Assembly: GCA_965153285.1 (NCBI GenBank)
Contig: OZ229115.1
Length of the DNA stretch: 64,000 bases
Origin: Podarcis tiliguerta
Taxonomy: Eukaryota
Direction: 5' to 3' (one strand)
Below, one piece after another: positions 51,001 to 61,305 of this stretch (its first letter is position 1; each line of letters begins with the position of its first letter). The notes under the pieces are model-generated. The model was not told where the DNA came from, did not search any database, and saw only the letters and a program-made list of their open reading frames with translations. The translations under genes were made by a program, and so were the position numbers.

Positions 51001-51482
51001 GCACTGCTTTTGCAGAGCTATGTGTATAAAAGGGGGAAAGTCAGCAATAGAGCAGAAGGTCCCAATCTCAATCCCTAGTGTCTTGAGGTAGGGCTGGGAA
51101 GGACCCCTCTCTGTAGATAGTACTGAGCTAAATGGATCTGAATTCATCATTATCATCATCATCATCATCATTATTACCACCACCATATTTTATTATGGTG
51201 CCATTACCTGCCATTCACCCTAAGGTCCCAGGAAAAATTACAACATTAAAGCACAATATTAAAAACAGTTTAAAACAACGGGCAATCATAAAAATACAGT
51301 GGGTCCTAAAAATATACACAACAGCTTTCTATGTTCCTTTTAAAAAGCCTTGGGGATACTTTAGCTTCTTGCTTTTTTCTCCCATTCAGATGGCGATGTT
51401 GCTGAAGCTCCAGGAAGCAGCCAACTATATTGAGTCTCCCGACCGAGAAACCCTGGACCCCAATGTGCAGTCGACACTCTAA
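21226..51482 (+). CDS. NAV1: Neuron navigator 1, 3' portion: 27 coding exons, about 1460 aa; the 5' exons lie upstream of the window
   Basis: Spliced translation matches recalled vertebrate NAV1 throughout (WDESSSISSGLSD, GKTPPVAVTSP, DRNTLPKKGLR, KKKKKKSWVYELRSSF, GPSGTGKT, C-terminal MAMLLKLQEAANY). All introns are GT-AG and the phases are consistent. Confidence 0.97.
21683..21899 (+). mobile_element. tRNA-derived squamate SINE (Squam3-like)
   Basis: tagagcat...tgcatgcagaaggtccctggttcagttcctggc head; ggcagcttcctatgt tail. Confidence 0.65.
21983..22280 (+). CDS. NAV1: NAV1 exon (LRTDSEKRS...LKVA)
   Basis: ttacag|CTGCGC; GCAG|gtgagg; lies in ORF 21896..22492. Confidence 0.95.
22675..23365 (+). 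CDS. NAV1: NAV1 exon (GKPEAK...PPTPLR), includes an SSIP motif at 22914-22925
   Basis: ctgcag|GTAAAC; CTCAG|gtaaga; ORF 22716..23369. Confidence 0.95.
23634..24089 (+). CDS. NAV1: NAV1 exon (SAAKSYVK...THLD)
   Basis: ttcag|GTCAGC; GACAG|gtagaa; ORF 23512..24093. Confidence 0.95.
24498..24539 (+). CDS. NAV1: NAV1 42-nt exon (SNRDRNTLPKKGLR)
   Basis: ctgcag|CTCTAAC; CTAAG|gtaatc; DRNTLPKKGLR is conserved in the NAV family. Confidence 0.93.
25820..25968 (+). CDS. NAV1: NAV1 exon (YQIQSQEEAKERRHSHT...LTNI)
   Basis: ggcag|ATATCAA; ATTG|gttagt. Confidence 0.92.
26243..26311. repeat. CT-rich microsatellite / polypyrimidine tract
   Basis: Read directly from the sequence. Confidence 0.85.
26420..26590 (+). 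CDS. NAV1: NAV1 exon (VTPTAANTPR...FRDPVDD)
   Basis: ctgcag|TGACCC; GATG|gtgaga. Confidence 0.94.
27011..27303 (-). mobile_element. L2-like LINE 3' end with a (TAA)n tail
   Basis: Minus-strand translation PSILPSFRRACKTELFHQAF resembles the L2 ORF2 C-terminus; (TTA)n at 27011-27060. Confidence 0.7.
27773..27825 (+). CDS. NAV1: NAV1 exon (VHGSVLSLASSASSTYSS)
   Basis: ttgcag|TTCATG; TCA|gtaagc. Confidence 0.94.
28200..28223 (+). CDS. NAV1: NAV1 24-nt microexon (AEERMQSE)
   Basis: tgctgccag|GCTGAG...TCTGAG|gtacag; peptide matches recalled NAV1. Confidence 0.92.
28352..28429 (+). CDS. NAV1: NAV1 exon (QIRKLRRELE...LSAN), coiled coil
   Basis: ttgtag|CAAATC; AAC|gtgagt. Confidence 0.94.
28886..29022 (+). 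mobile_element. tRNA-Ile-derived SINE with CR1-type tail
   Basis: Same head and tail as 4410-4563. Confidence 0.8.
30079..30162 (+). CDS. NAV1: NAV1 exon (ANLVAAFEQS...AEEK)
   Basis: ttccag|GCAAAC; AAG|gtgagt. Confidence 0.95.
30315..30426 (+). CDS. NAV1: NAV1 exon (DTELVDLRE...ITPK)
   Basis: ttctag|GACACT; AAAG|gtgagc. Confidence 0.95.
31415..31536 (+). CDS. NAV1: NAV1 exon (ELRIKRQNSS...KKKKKKSW)
   Basis: ctccag|AGCTGC; TGG|gtaggt. Confidence 0.95.
32569..32577 (+). CDS. NAV1: NAV1 9-nt microexon (VYE)
   Basis: Long pyrimidine tract, ttttccag|GTGTATGAG|gtaagc; supplies the VYE of recalled NAV1 KSWVYELRSSF. Confidence 0.9.
32936..34820 (+). mobile_element. Chapaev/Chapaev3-type DNA transposon (CMC superfamily), internally deleted
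   Basis: CACTGG...CCAGTG termini; about 110-120 bp imperfect inverted repeats (32936 to about 33045 versus about 34701 to 34820); transposase frame inside. Confidence 0.85.
33261..34627 (+). pseudogene. Chapaev-type transposase, N-terminally truncated, frameshifted near 34516
   Basis: Motifs ELNDLVRDL, WRLFIDSSK, DLKM, CFLCMWDSR, PPLHIKLG, GIFDGPQIR, SDEQGERFHQD. The tail QGRWDAVMMADYCWTLKRD...KKRKFKP* continues in another frame at 34517-34627. Confidence 0.85.
38244..38440 (+). CDS. NAV1: NAV1 exon (LRSSFNKAF...IDNTE)
   Basis: cttcag|TTGAGG; ACTGA|gtaagt. Confidence 0.94.
38825..38987 (+). CDS. NAV1: NAV1 exon (LFQANEEEEPEKK...MHNMQ), coiled coil
   Basis: gcacag|GTTGTT; CAG|gtgggc; phase 2 to 0. 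Confidence 0.92.
39200..39340. mobile_element. Diverged hAT MITE, same family
   Basis: ccagatgttggact...ctcccat core; ends ggagggccacaggtttcccatcactg. Confidence 0.55.
39738..39912 (+). CDS. NAV1: NAV1 exon (LEVDLLKAENDRLK...SLTDT)
   Basis: ctgtag|CTGGAA; ACAG|gtatga. Confidence 0.94.
40823..40920 (+). CDS. NAV1: NAV1 exon (ELSPMDG...HIIKG)
   Basis: ctctag|AGCTTT; GGG|gtaagc. Confidence 0.94.
41070..41165 (+). CDS. NAV1: NAV1 exon (DLKQQEFYLG...QVFK)
   Basis: ttccag|GACCTG; AAG|gtgaga. Confidence 0.94.
41679..41838 (+). CDS. NAV1: NAV1 exon (DYVTKMDPA...VTLK)
   Basis: actcag|GACTAT; AAAG|gtacta. Confidence 0.94.
42043..42170. mobile_element. Diverged hAT MITE, same family
   Basis: gaactacagctcccatcatccc...gatgggagttgtagttc palindromic core. 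Confidence 0.6.
42238..42592 (-). mobile_element. Sauria SINE, full length
   Basis: Aligns by eye with 14221-14582; 11-bp TSD ATGTGATCTTA at 42227-42237 and 42593-42603. Confidence 0.9.
42604..43110 (+). mobile_element. Degraded CR1 LINE 3' fragment
   Basis: gtccagttctgggcaccaca, gcagtcttcaaatatctga, agatttcagctaaacattaggagaaac, and a CR1-like 3' end. Confidence 0.75.
43609..43844 (+). CDS. NAV1: NAV1 exon carrying the AAA+ Walker A motif (GPSGTGKT, 43719-43742)
   Basis: acacag|GTTTGA; AAG|gtgtga; ORF 43611..43850. Confidence 0.96.
44499..44650 (+). CDS. NAV1: NAV1 exon carrying the Walker B-like motif VILLDD
   Basis: taccag|GACCTA; AAATG|gtgaga. Confidence 0.95.
46237..46308 (+). CDS. NAV1: NAV1 exon (PYIIGTTNQP...LSFR)
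   Basis: caccag|CCCCTAT; TTCAG|gtaagg. Confidence 0.95.
46473..46669 (+). CDS. NAV1: NAV1 exon (MLTFSNNVEP...SDFLI)
   Basis: Consensus branch point TACTAAC at 46446-46452; ctacag|GATGCT; ATTG|gtaagt. Confidence 0.95.
47564..47682 (+). CDS. NAV1: NAV1 exon (GPCFFLSCP...DGIK)
   Basis: taccag|GTCCCT; AAG|gtacat. Confidence 0.95.
47944..48141 (+). CDS. NAV1: NAV1 exon (VHGQKAAWEDP...SDPL)
   Basis: ttgcag|GTGCAT; TTG|gtatgt. Confidence 0.95.
51390..51482 (+). CDS. NAV1: NAV1 last coding exon (MAMLLKLQEAANY...VQSTL*)
   Basis: attcag|ATGGCG; TAA at 51480-51482. Confidence 0.95.
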   Translation: MAMLLKLQEAANYIESPDRETLDPNVQSTL

Positions 51483-54400
51483 AGGTGACTGGATCAGGAT
51501 GGGACGGAGACTGGAGTGAGCTGGTCTCGGCTGCCTTCGCTCCTCGTTCTTCTTTGTTTTCTTTTGTATCTGGAACCTGTGGTTTGGAGCAGAACACCAC
51601 AGATGGACGATGGAGGAGGCCGCTTGACCCTCCGCTGCAAGATACTGCTCCCCCACCCCCCAATGAGTTTGGTGGTAGGAGAATGATGATTTTTATTCTT
51701 AGGCTTTTTGCCTCTATCATAAACTCCTGGGCTTTGCAGTATGGCTGGGTGGGTGGCGGTGGTGGGACATTACTAAATCCCTCGGATCCAGGGTTCCCAG
51801 CATCGGAGTTCCTGTATAGGGTAAAGACTCGAGACCTTGTGGAACTGGCCACTGCATTGTTTGCAGGGCAATGCCAGCAGGCAGGGCAACAGACAAGTTT
51901 GTGGTTCCCTAACATGAGGATCTTTTTATATTAAAAAAAGTAAAGAAAAGCAAAAACCCAGAAAGGAACCTGGAAGTATCTGAGTAGAAGAGTCGCCACT
52001 GCAGCAATCCAGCTGTTGCCGTAACTGTTTCCCCTCCGGATGCTTCCCTACCACAACAAACATAGGCAAAGGCCTAGGACTGTTAACTCTGTCTTTGTAC
52101 CCTCCTTATTTAATCTGCATGATCGTCCTTTTACATTCAGACTTCCAATAAACTCTGCATTGTTTTCCCCCCTTTTATTTTATTTTGGTTAAGCTGGGCC
52201 ATTCCGTTTGGTTTTTTTGGTTCTAGGAATTCTGTTTCGGTTTTTAATCACCTGGTACTAGTTTCACAGGGAGGAGCCTCTTGGTTTCTTAGAGGGGTTT
52301 GTTTTGTTTTGTTTTGTTTTTGTTCAGTTCACCTTTTCTCTGTTCTACCACTCTGTAAATTCCATCACGGTGGTCCCGCCAAACTGAAATTGGTGCTGAC
52401 TGGATGAGCTCCAGTAACCAAACTCGCCTTGTGGGTCCTTGCAGCTTGCATCAGATGCACACAGGGTTGAATCAGCAGCACAACCTTCTCAAAGATGTAC
52501 AACCTGCTGGATGGGCTCCCCTTCCTGTCCCCTTCTTTTATCATTCCATTCCTGAAAGCACAAGAGGCCTACCAGACTGGGACCAAAGAAAGAGCAGTGG
52601 GGCAGACGATGCTCTGCTGTGGTCCTCACTTGCGCAGCAAAACCATCAAATGCCTCCAGAGCTAAAGATGTCTCCCGACTTTGCCCAAATACTGACCTGC
52701 TTGTGACTCCCCTTTCCTCTGCTCACCATGCAGAGAGAACGGGGGGGGGGGGGGTAGATAACTTTCAGCAGAGTGAAAATATAGCACTGTTAAATGTTCA
52801 GTCTTGGGGTGTCGCTTGATTTCCAAACAAGGAACCATCCACAAAGTGACCCAAATCAAGCAAAGATCTACTTCCACCCTGGTGCTATCAGCTGCCTTAA
52901 TTGGTGCAAAGTAGTGCTCTGATTTAGGTTAGATCTACTTTCCTATACAGGTGGAGATAGTTGGATTAGACGTATACAACTGCCACGCCCTTTTGCCTTT
53001 TGGTTCTAGAATGTGACTTCCCTTAGGTGAGTTTACGTGCATTTTCTATTGGGGTGGGGAGTCACAAAGCCCTCTCTGCAAATGAGAGCTAAGTTCACGA
53101 CATGTTTCATGAGCTCCTCAACCTCCTTGGCCCTGATCAACAACTAGTTTTCCTGAAGGGCCAGTTTAAAAGCAAAGTTAGCAGTGCAAAGCCAACATAA
53201 GCAGCAGTTACCATGCTACCAATTCAGACACCAGTTTTAGAAGCCTGTGGCCTGGATAAAATAAGGGGGAAAGTCTGAATCTAGTTTCCATGGCATTTTT
53301 TTAGAGAAGGTTTATATTATATCACTTAGCCAGAAGCCAAATAATTGCTAGTTTCTCCATAACACAGGTCCTGGCTTTTTCAACTCAAGTATTGTAGGAG
53401 TTCGTTTCATAGTGCAGCAGAATATATACAGCACAATGCAGGGAGCAGGATTTCAGCTCTCCTGATACAAACTAATAGGCTTTATGCAGTATTCACTTCC
53501 TATCTAGTGTTTAGTTTTACTAATAATGCTGATCTAACCATCAGCTCCTAACTCTTCTTATGATGCAAAAGCCACTAGGGTTTATTTTATGCTTAAATGA
53601 TTAACAACAGGATTCATGGATAGATACACTGTGCCAAATACCTCAAGGATCGTATCTTAAATCACTCAAGGTCCTACTTAGTCCCATGTGATTCTTAGCA
53701 TTTATTTAATAGCATTTTTATCCTGCTCCTTAGCTTAAAGGGGGCTTCCAGGGCAACTTACAAAAATCAGTACTTAGACAGTCCCTGCCCCCAGGCTTGC
53801 AACTGGAAGAGATGTAACACACAAGGAACAGGGGGTGGGGTGGAAGAGGAAAGGAGGCAAACTCAAGCACCAGTTCTTAAAGTTACAGTTCTTTTATAGC
53901 TACCAGCTAGGATGGGAAAGAGTTCCAGCAGCCTGATTGAGTGATGGCTAAAGGATGTCCGGAGGCAGCTGGTCTCCCAGGAGAGGTGATGGGATAGTCT
54001 TGTTTTGCTTCTCTCCCTCTGCCCTGCAGCCTAATGGAGCTGCTGTCACTTGGAGACGCTTGAGTGAGACTTCCCATATTTTCAGTATTTCCACTGCAAT
54101 CTTGAGGTCTTGAAATTGTGCTTTCTAAAAGTAAGAATGAACATTCTTAGGACTCTAGATTATGTGCCACGTTCTGCACTTGCTGAGTCATTGTACAGAA
54201 TGTATATAATTTTAGTCCCCCTGCCCAATTTTTGCCAGAATGAGCCTCCTAAAGTCAAAGCTCATTTGTGTAACTATTATGGACTCTTGCAACAAAATGT
54301 TGCAGTGTGGAGTGCTCATTCCCTCTCCCTTAGTTTTCAATTCTTCTCTCCCACAACAGTCAGCATTTGGTGCCCACTGAGCATCCTCATTCCTCAGTGG

Positions 54401-57400
54401 ACATTTTCCCTCTCTTAAAATATTTTTTTGTACCTCAAACATTGGGGTTCCCTCCATCGTATGGGTGGATCCCTCTATCTGTTGCTTGAATTGTGGCATT
54501 TTGGCTACATAAGAATCCACACTAGGAGAATGGGTTTATTATCCGCATCTAGGATGTCATTAATGTATAGTCAGCCTGCAGTGAAGGTACAAGTGGCACA
54601 AGCAGCAGGTATGCTCTGACATGCTTGGCAAACAAGACAAAATGCCTTTGGGCCTAGCTGTGGCTGAATCAGGCTTGCAGGTTGTCCTGCCTCATCAGTA
54701 CTGCCTGCTCCTTGGCTCAGCAGCTGAGAGCCAAAAGCAAACATAAGGAACCAGTGACTGCAGGAAGACTGGAGAGAGACAGACAGAGACAGAGAATGGA
54801 CTAGAATGGTGCTTCCTCTCTCAAACTTTGCATTTGAGTTTGTTGCACAATTGCCAAAAAGATTGGCCAGCACCGTAGTAATTAATTACAAGTAGTGACA
54901 AAATTAAGTGCAGAACTCAATGGAAGATTTTGCAGCACTTTTCTTTGAGCCAAAAGAACTAAATGACAAATTGCTTGGCATAAGGTAGGACTGTGTAATA
55001 TACAAAAGCGACATTCCTGGCTTTCTGTTTCTTCATTGCAGACACTGTTCTTCTCACCCAACCCAAGTTTACACACACGCGTACACACACACACACCTTC
55101 TTCTAGCAGCTGCCTCATATTGTGTTGCTTCAGCTGGGTTTTCATGGCGAACAAAACAACAGGGAGTAAGTGGTGTTCTCAAATGTTGTATGACTGCACA
55201 ACAAATTTAACAGGGGTTTTTCTGGGGTTAGTGTTAATTGTCTCTGCCATTATTGCAAACAGACTTTGATCTAGTCTCCTGACCTTTTTGAGGTCTCTCT
55301 GTCTCTTCTTTCAAGCAGAATGTATTTTACTGGTGTGGCCAAGGGAGTCTTCTAGGAGCTTGCCCATTTGCTGCTAAAATCTCTCCCCTCCCCAATCTGA
55401 ATAGGGGACGGAAAAAGTAGCAAGGAGAAGTGGTTCGGTATAGACAAGCATTTATTCTCCAGTTGTATCTTCCTCAGTGACCTTATGCACAAGCAGGGGA
55501 AGGTGGGGGAGCCTTATGAGCAGTACAGAGCACTGTATGATCTTATCACAAGGATGGGTGGGTTTTCATCCAAGGCAAACAGGGTGCTCTGTTGGGGAAA
55601 GGCTCTTGTGCTTTTGAATTGAAGTTGTGCTGCTGTCACACTGTGCTGATCTGAGCAAAAAATGCAGCTTGAATGATGAGACTGGAGTTGCCCATGGTGC
55701 TGAAACTGCCTTAATTGTCACAGTTTCAAGGAAGGGGAGCCCCTAGCCATGAACTGGCGGATCTTGCCACAGACCAAGCCTGTTGTGGCCTTCTAAACCC
55801 AGACCACATTTAATATCTCCTGCCTTCAGCACAAGAAGCCCAGGGAGAGAAGGTGGAGGTCACACTTAACCACTTCTTTGCTGAGCTTGTTTCTGGTCCC
55901 ATCAGTCACAGTGCTTGCTGTTTGGAATGCCTTTAGGTGATCAGCTCGGTAAATAGTATGGCAGGCGTCTTTCATCCCAAGACACCTAGATGACATGAAG
56001 AAAACCACCCTTCTGCCCCTGCCTACTTACATACCACTACAGATGGTTAGTCCTCAACCAAGGGAGACTTTTGTTTGTTGGGTATAAGACCCAAGTGTTC
56101 TACTCACTTCAGAGTCAAATGGGTCTAGCTAGCCAAATGACTTCAGAAGATCACAGCCATGTTTACGTATTAGCAGGGTCCAGGGCCAAGGCAGTCGCCT
56201 CTGTTAGAATCTAAATTTCTCTTTGAGAGATAGGAAAGAAGCCAGGAAAAGGACTATTTTGTTTCCAAATCAGGCCAGAACCGACCAAATTTACATTACC
56301 AAACAGAAAGGTTACTGGCTTTGCCATCAAAGGAGGAGTCTCCAGGATCTTGGGTTTTAGACCAGAAGCCTCTTCTAACCCCCAAAACCGATTTGGAAGA
56401 AAATGGCTTCTTTTCCTCTCCCTCCCTCCCATGAGGGATGAGAGGCAATGGGAGAGAAGCAGTAAGAGTGATAGCTTGGCTACTCTCAATCCAACAGCTT
56501 CTGCCTAACATGAGGAGGTAGCTGAGCAGTAAGTGGCATTCAATCCCAGCTTCCTGCTCCCATTGCCTTTGCTGGGGCAAGCACCCTCTGGCAAGAGATT
56601 TGCCCACCCCTCCTCATCTTAAAGGGAATAGCATCACCCCCTTGCTCACAGTGGTGAGCCCCCAGGTTCCTGCATCTGCAGAGCTAAGCAGCCCCACTTC
56701 ATTTCCTCTCTGCAGTTGGGCAGTGGATATAGAAAGGCTCCCCCTCACACTTGGATGTTCATCCCTACCTTTAGCATCTTGCAGGTCCCTTCCTTACAGG
56801 CTCCCTGTTTCACACCTCCCATTTCTCTCTTGATGTGGTTTGGACATTCTCCCATCCTATTGCACAGGGTTATAAATAGACATTCCACCACAACAGAGAT
56901 CATGGATTTAAATCTACCTGGCCATCTTCAGCACTTGGCAAAAAGTCATTGGGAACCCCCAATCCAGGAAACTCAGACTAGTTACTACTGATCCAAGGAT
57001 TTCAGATGCATCCAGGTTTGGGTCCTCACCACATTTGCTCTGGACATTCAGATGAAAAAAAATTACCATGTGCACAAGGCTCTGGGTCCCATTGTGATCC
57101 CTAGCAGGCATTCCAAAAGAACCTTCCTACCCAACCTTTTTGCAGATGGCACCAAGCACAACCCAGCCATTCAGCCTTTATGAATATCAGGAGTGTGCTA
57201 TCACATTATGGAAAGCTTGAGAAAGATACCATTGTCGACCGCATGGTAGCTGTAAGTTATGGGAATTGTATCCAGGGATCATGGCTTGGTGCAACTCCCA
57301 CCCCCGCCCCCCGCCTTCCTTTTAATGGCCAGCTTGCAGGGCAACTCGACCATTCAAATATGTATGTATAAATTTTCTCAAGGATAGATCCATGTTAACT

Positions 57401-60100
57401 GTACTGCAAGAGATTCCAGCCAATTGGCCTGTGCAGATCTAAGGTGCTTGTTTCTCTTTGTATAACTATATACATATGTACATACATATCCTGTTTAATG
57501 TAATTGAAACCTTGGAGCTGTCCGTTTGCTCTGGAACCCAGCAGGTGGTGTGATGGGCTTGGATGATGGGAGAAGGTGAATGCTGGCTGGTTTAAGGCAA
57601 GCAATTCTACTGAAAATTTCAATTGCATGGGAATAGTCCTGTATAAACAAGCTGTCACCGTCAATTGCATAGGTGCTATGTATGTCCTCAGATTATATAA
57701 ATTAGTTTTTAATTCAGGTTTAAATTTTATGTAGAAAAGGCACAGAGCAGCCTAGAGAAAGAACAATAGCCTCAGCTTGATTAGTTTAGCCATATAGCAG
57801 ACAATGCAACATTCTTTAGCCTCTTTCTCAAACTTCTTTTCAGTGTTTAAAAAGTCCTTGGTGTGTCACTTCCCAAGTCTTCTTTATTTGACTCATCCAT
57901 ACCAGGTCTTTGCAAACCTCTCCTTGCTGAAGTTCCCATTACAAATGTCCTTCTTGCCTAGGACTTGTGTTCTGCCAACAATGACAGAGGAGACTTGATC
58001 TCAATCTCTCTCTGGAGTCCCTTTAGCAAGTTGCTAATACTGAACTCTGCATTATGTATAATCCCAGTTTTTTCCAGGCACTTTAGTCAGAGCTATTTCC
58101 TTTGCATTATTAATGTCTATAGTCATACTAGAAAACTTAACTTGAAAGACGTTCACCTAATGAACAGAAAAGGGGAGCAGGGAAAGGAGCCCCCAGAAGG
58201 ATAAATGGGGGATTTCTTGTATTGCAGTACTATTCATATGCAATACTAAATACCCAGAAATTCTTTAAGAGCTGCAGCTGAAATAATTCTCAATTCATGA
58301 ACCTCTTTCATTTTAGTACTTAATTGCAGAGTTTACCTTTCCCCCTAAATAGTGGTAATTTGTTGCTGACCAGTTGTAGTAAGGATCAGGACCTTGGCCT
58401 GTGGGTGTCTGCCTAGATGCTGCCACTTTCTCTGGAAAACATGAAGGACCATCATAACCTGGCATGCATTGCAGTTGTAGCTGTTATCAAGAGTTTCCAA
58501 GCAGAACCCAGCTGCACTTTGTCAAGGACCACAGTAGCTAGCAAAGAGCGGTTTCCATTTCTTCCATGCACTGAAGTGTCTATTCCTGCATGTCCCATCT
58601 TTTATACTCCTGTCCTCATTGAGTTAACACATCACTCTGGTCTAACCAAAGTTACAAAGAGACCTGCCAATGTAAGTTCATAAATCATTTAAGACCGAGC
58701 CAAATCTCAGCAATTCAGAGGTACCTTTGCAACCTGATTTTGTGCATGCTTACTCAGATGCAAGTCCCACTGAGTTAAATGTGACTTACGCTGAAGTAAG
58801 TGTGCCATAAAGAGCTAACAGAATTTGCATTAAGCCAGCCAGAGGTAGGACGACGTGCACAGCCTGGTCGGTTTCTCTGCCCTCTGTCCAGTCAGGATCA
58901 GCCTTGTCTTCATGTTTTGGTGCTCTCTCTCTCTCTCTCCCTCCTCCTTTCCCACGCTGTTCCTCCTCTTCCTCCTTGCTGGGTTTTCTTGAAACTGCAA
59001 TTTTCTCGCTGAGCACCCAACCCCTCAAACACCCTGTTGTATTGGGGCTATTTTGCACAGTGATGTACAAGATGCCAGGCCTCGTGTCGGCTTTGGCACA
59101 AAAGTTCCTCATTTGCCTTTTTTCTTTGGTTGTTTTGCTCTTGTAGGATAAGAATATACTGTAAATAACCTGTAACTGAATGGCCTGAATGAATCTGGGG
59201 GACCAGCCATGGGGGCTGGGCCCTGTGTCTGTGAAGCGTCATGCTGGAGTTTTTTCTTTTCTTTTTTGTACTATGTGTGAGTAACTGTGCTGTGCTGACT
59301 CATTTCTGATTGTATGATGTACACCTCCCAGCAGTTGCAATGGGCCAGTAGGACAGGGTGGGAACAAAATGCCTTCTAATAATAGGAGTTGGCCTCCCTC
59401 ATCTCTCTTGCTGCTCGCTCTGCATTTGCTCAATACTTTTCACAAAGTTGCAGAGTCCAATCAGGTAAGGCTGTCACAATAAGATTAGACAGCTCAGTGT
59501 TTTCTTCTTAGCCACTCTCTCTCTTTGTACTGGTGCTATCGTAACGGTGTTTGCAGAACAGAAGAGCACTGCCAATCAGTTATAGTTGGGCAGGGTGCAG
59601 TGGTAGGTCTTGATCCCTATAAGCAGGCTAGGATATTGAGTGGGAGGTCCTGCTGGAATCAGGTTAATTCACAATGAATTGGAGATGGACACTAAATATC
59701 CAGGACTTTCCCATCCCCATTTAGTTCTTGCTTTCTGCTTTTGTATGTTTTGGCTTATGCTCTGTGAAACCTTCAGAGACTGGGTGGTTTAGTTTATCAC
59801 ATTGAATTGTTAATAACACTAAGTACATTGCAGGATGTTGTTAGGTAGAGGATAGGAACGCCACAACTTAGCACATTTTAAGTATATGACGATTTGAAAT
59901 AACCCTGTTGAGTTTGAACTTTTGTTTAAAATGAAAAAAAAAACTTTGTACATGCTTCAGATGGCTAAAACATGACCAGTCATTGCTCCTAGTAGGGCAA
60001 GGCAGCCATCTTAAATTCACATCTTATCTGTCTCCTACCCTGCCTATGAGCCAAATCATTAATTAAACCTACACTTTTATGTATTGAGTTCAACCCATTA
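51483..60100 (+). other. NAV1: Putative long NAV1 3' UTR; the 3' end is uncertain
   Basis: Follows the stop codon and has few recognisable transposon copies. Proximal AATAAA at 52147-52152; ATTAAA at 60062-60067 and 60705-60710; miR-29, miR-124, miR-9 and Pumilio motifs extend to about 59540. Confidence 0.55.
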
Positions 60101-61089
60101 TTATATTTTTCTTCCCAGAGGTATCAGATGTGTTACAGTGCAACTTGATGCATATTTACTCAGAAGTAACTGCTGCTGCATTTGGGCATGGGAGAAGAGC
60201 TTGAGTCCCAGAAAGTACGTTTAGGATTAAGGATAATCTTATGAGCAGTTCCACATGAGGCTGTATCCTGGAAAAATTTCCAAATTAGGCAAATTGTGAC
60301 CTGGTCACAATTCCTAAGACCAGTTTGTCATTCCAAAATGAAGTCAAAAACATAATTTTTTTGAACCAGATCATTTTTATCCAAAAAGAGGTTTTAAGCC
60401 AGTTGTGTTGGGAGCATTTTTGTAGCCAGAAATCTTTGTTTCTCTTCATGCTGAAATGTCTTTTTGATGGTTCTAGGCAAAATGCACATGACTCTGCAAC
60501 ACATATTCCATTCACACAGCTCACAAAGTATCTCCAAGCTTTGAGCATCTCATGACCTCCACCATGATGAACGCTGCTCTGTAATGTGGAAGGCAGACGG
60601 TTGGGCATTCACTGGAGTAAATAGGACCTTATTTCCATCATTGCTATTACAAATGCAGACAGGCCCATTGGTTGCAATTCCCGGAGAGCAGAATTTTAAA
60701 ATTTATTAAAGTGCCTGCTTTTTTGAAAAGATGTAGTTTTAGAATATTAACAGGCTGCCCCAAAAATATTGTTCATCTTTAAGGTGCCACAAGCCTCCCC
60801 CCCCCCAAAAAAAAGACAGACAAACAAGGCTAACCTTCTGGAAATAGTTACAAAAACGTTGTAAACAATATTGTCAACCAAAATCCTGCCAGAAAAGGTG
60901 TGTCTTACACTCTGTCAGAAACCTTTTCTTTCAGGAATGAAATTCAAAGAATAAGAGCAGGGGAAACTGCTGTGAAGGCCTGGCTTGTGACTCATCGTCC
61001 AAATCTCATGCAGAGGTGGCACAGACAGTAATGTCTGCTGCATAGAAATCAGTACCCGCCCGGCTTAAACAGAGCGAGAGACTGCATTC

Positions 61090-61305
61090 ACGTTTAACTT
61101 TTAAAACCAGCACCTTGAATTGGGTCTGGAAGCAAATTGGCAAGCAGTGCAGCCTCCCAACACCCATTAGGAGATCTGCCGCAGGAATCCGCACCAATTG
61201 AAGCTTCTGTGTCATCTTCAAGGGCAACCCAACATAGAGCGGCATTGCTGTAATAAACCAAGTTGCAGAAGCATGGATCAGCGCGGCAAGGTGTGACATG
61301 TCCAG
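61090..61305 (-). mobile_element. Degraded L2-like LINE ORF2 fragment
   Basis: Minus-strand ORF 61006..61332 contains LYVGLPLKMTQKLQLV and LHCLPICFQTQFKVLVL. Confidence 0.75.

Noticed and set aside
51485-51934. 149-aa ORF after the stop, as readthrough or a downstream gene
   Set aside because: Different frame, GTG start and no recognisable motif. In-frame readthrough meets TGA two codons later.
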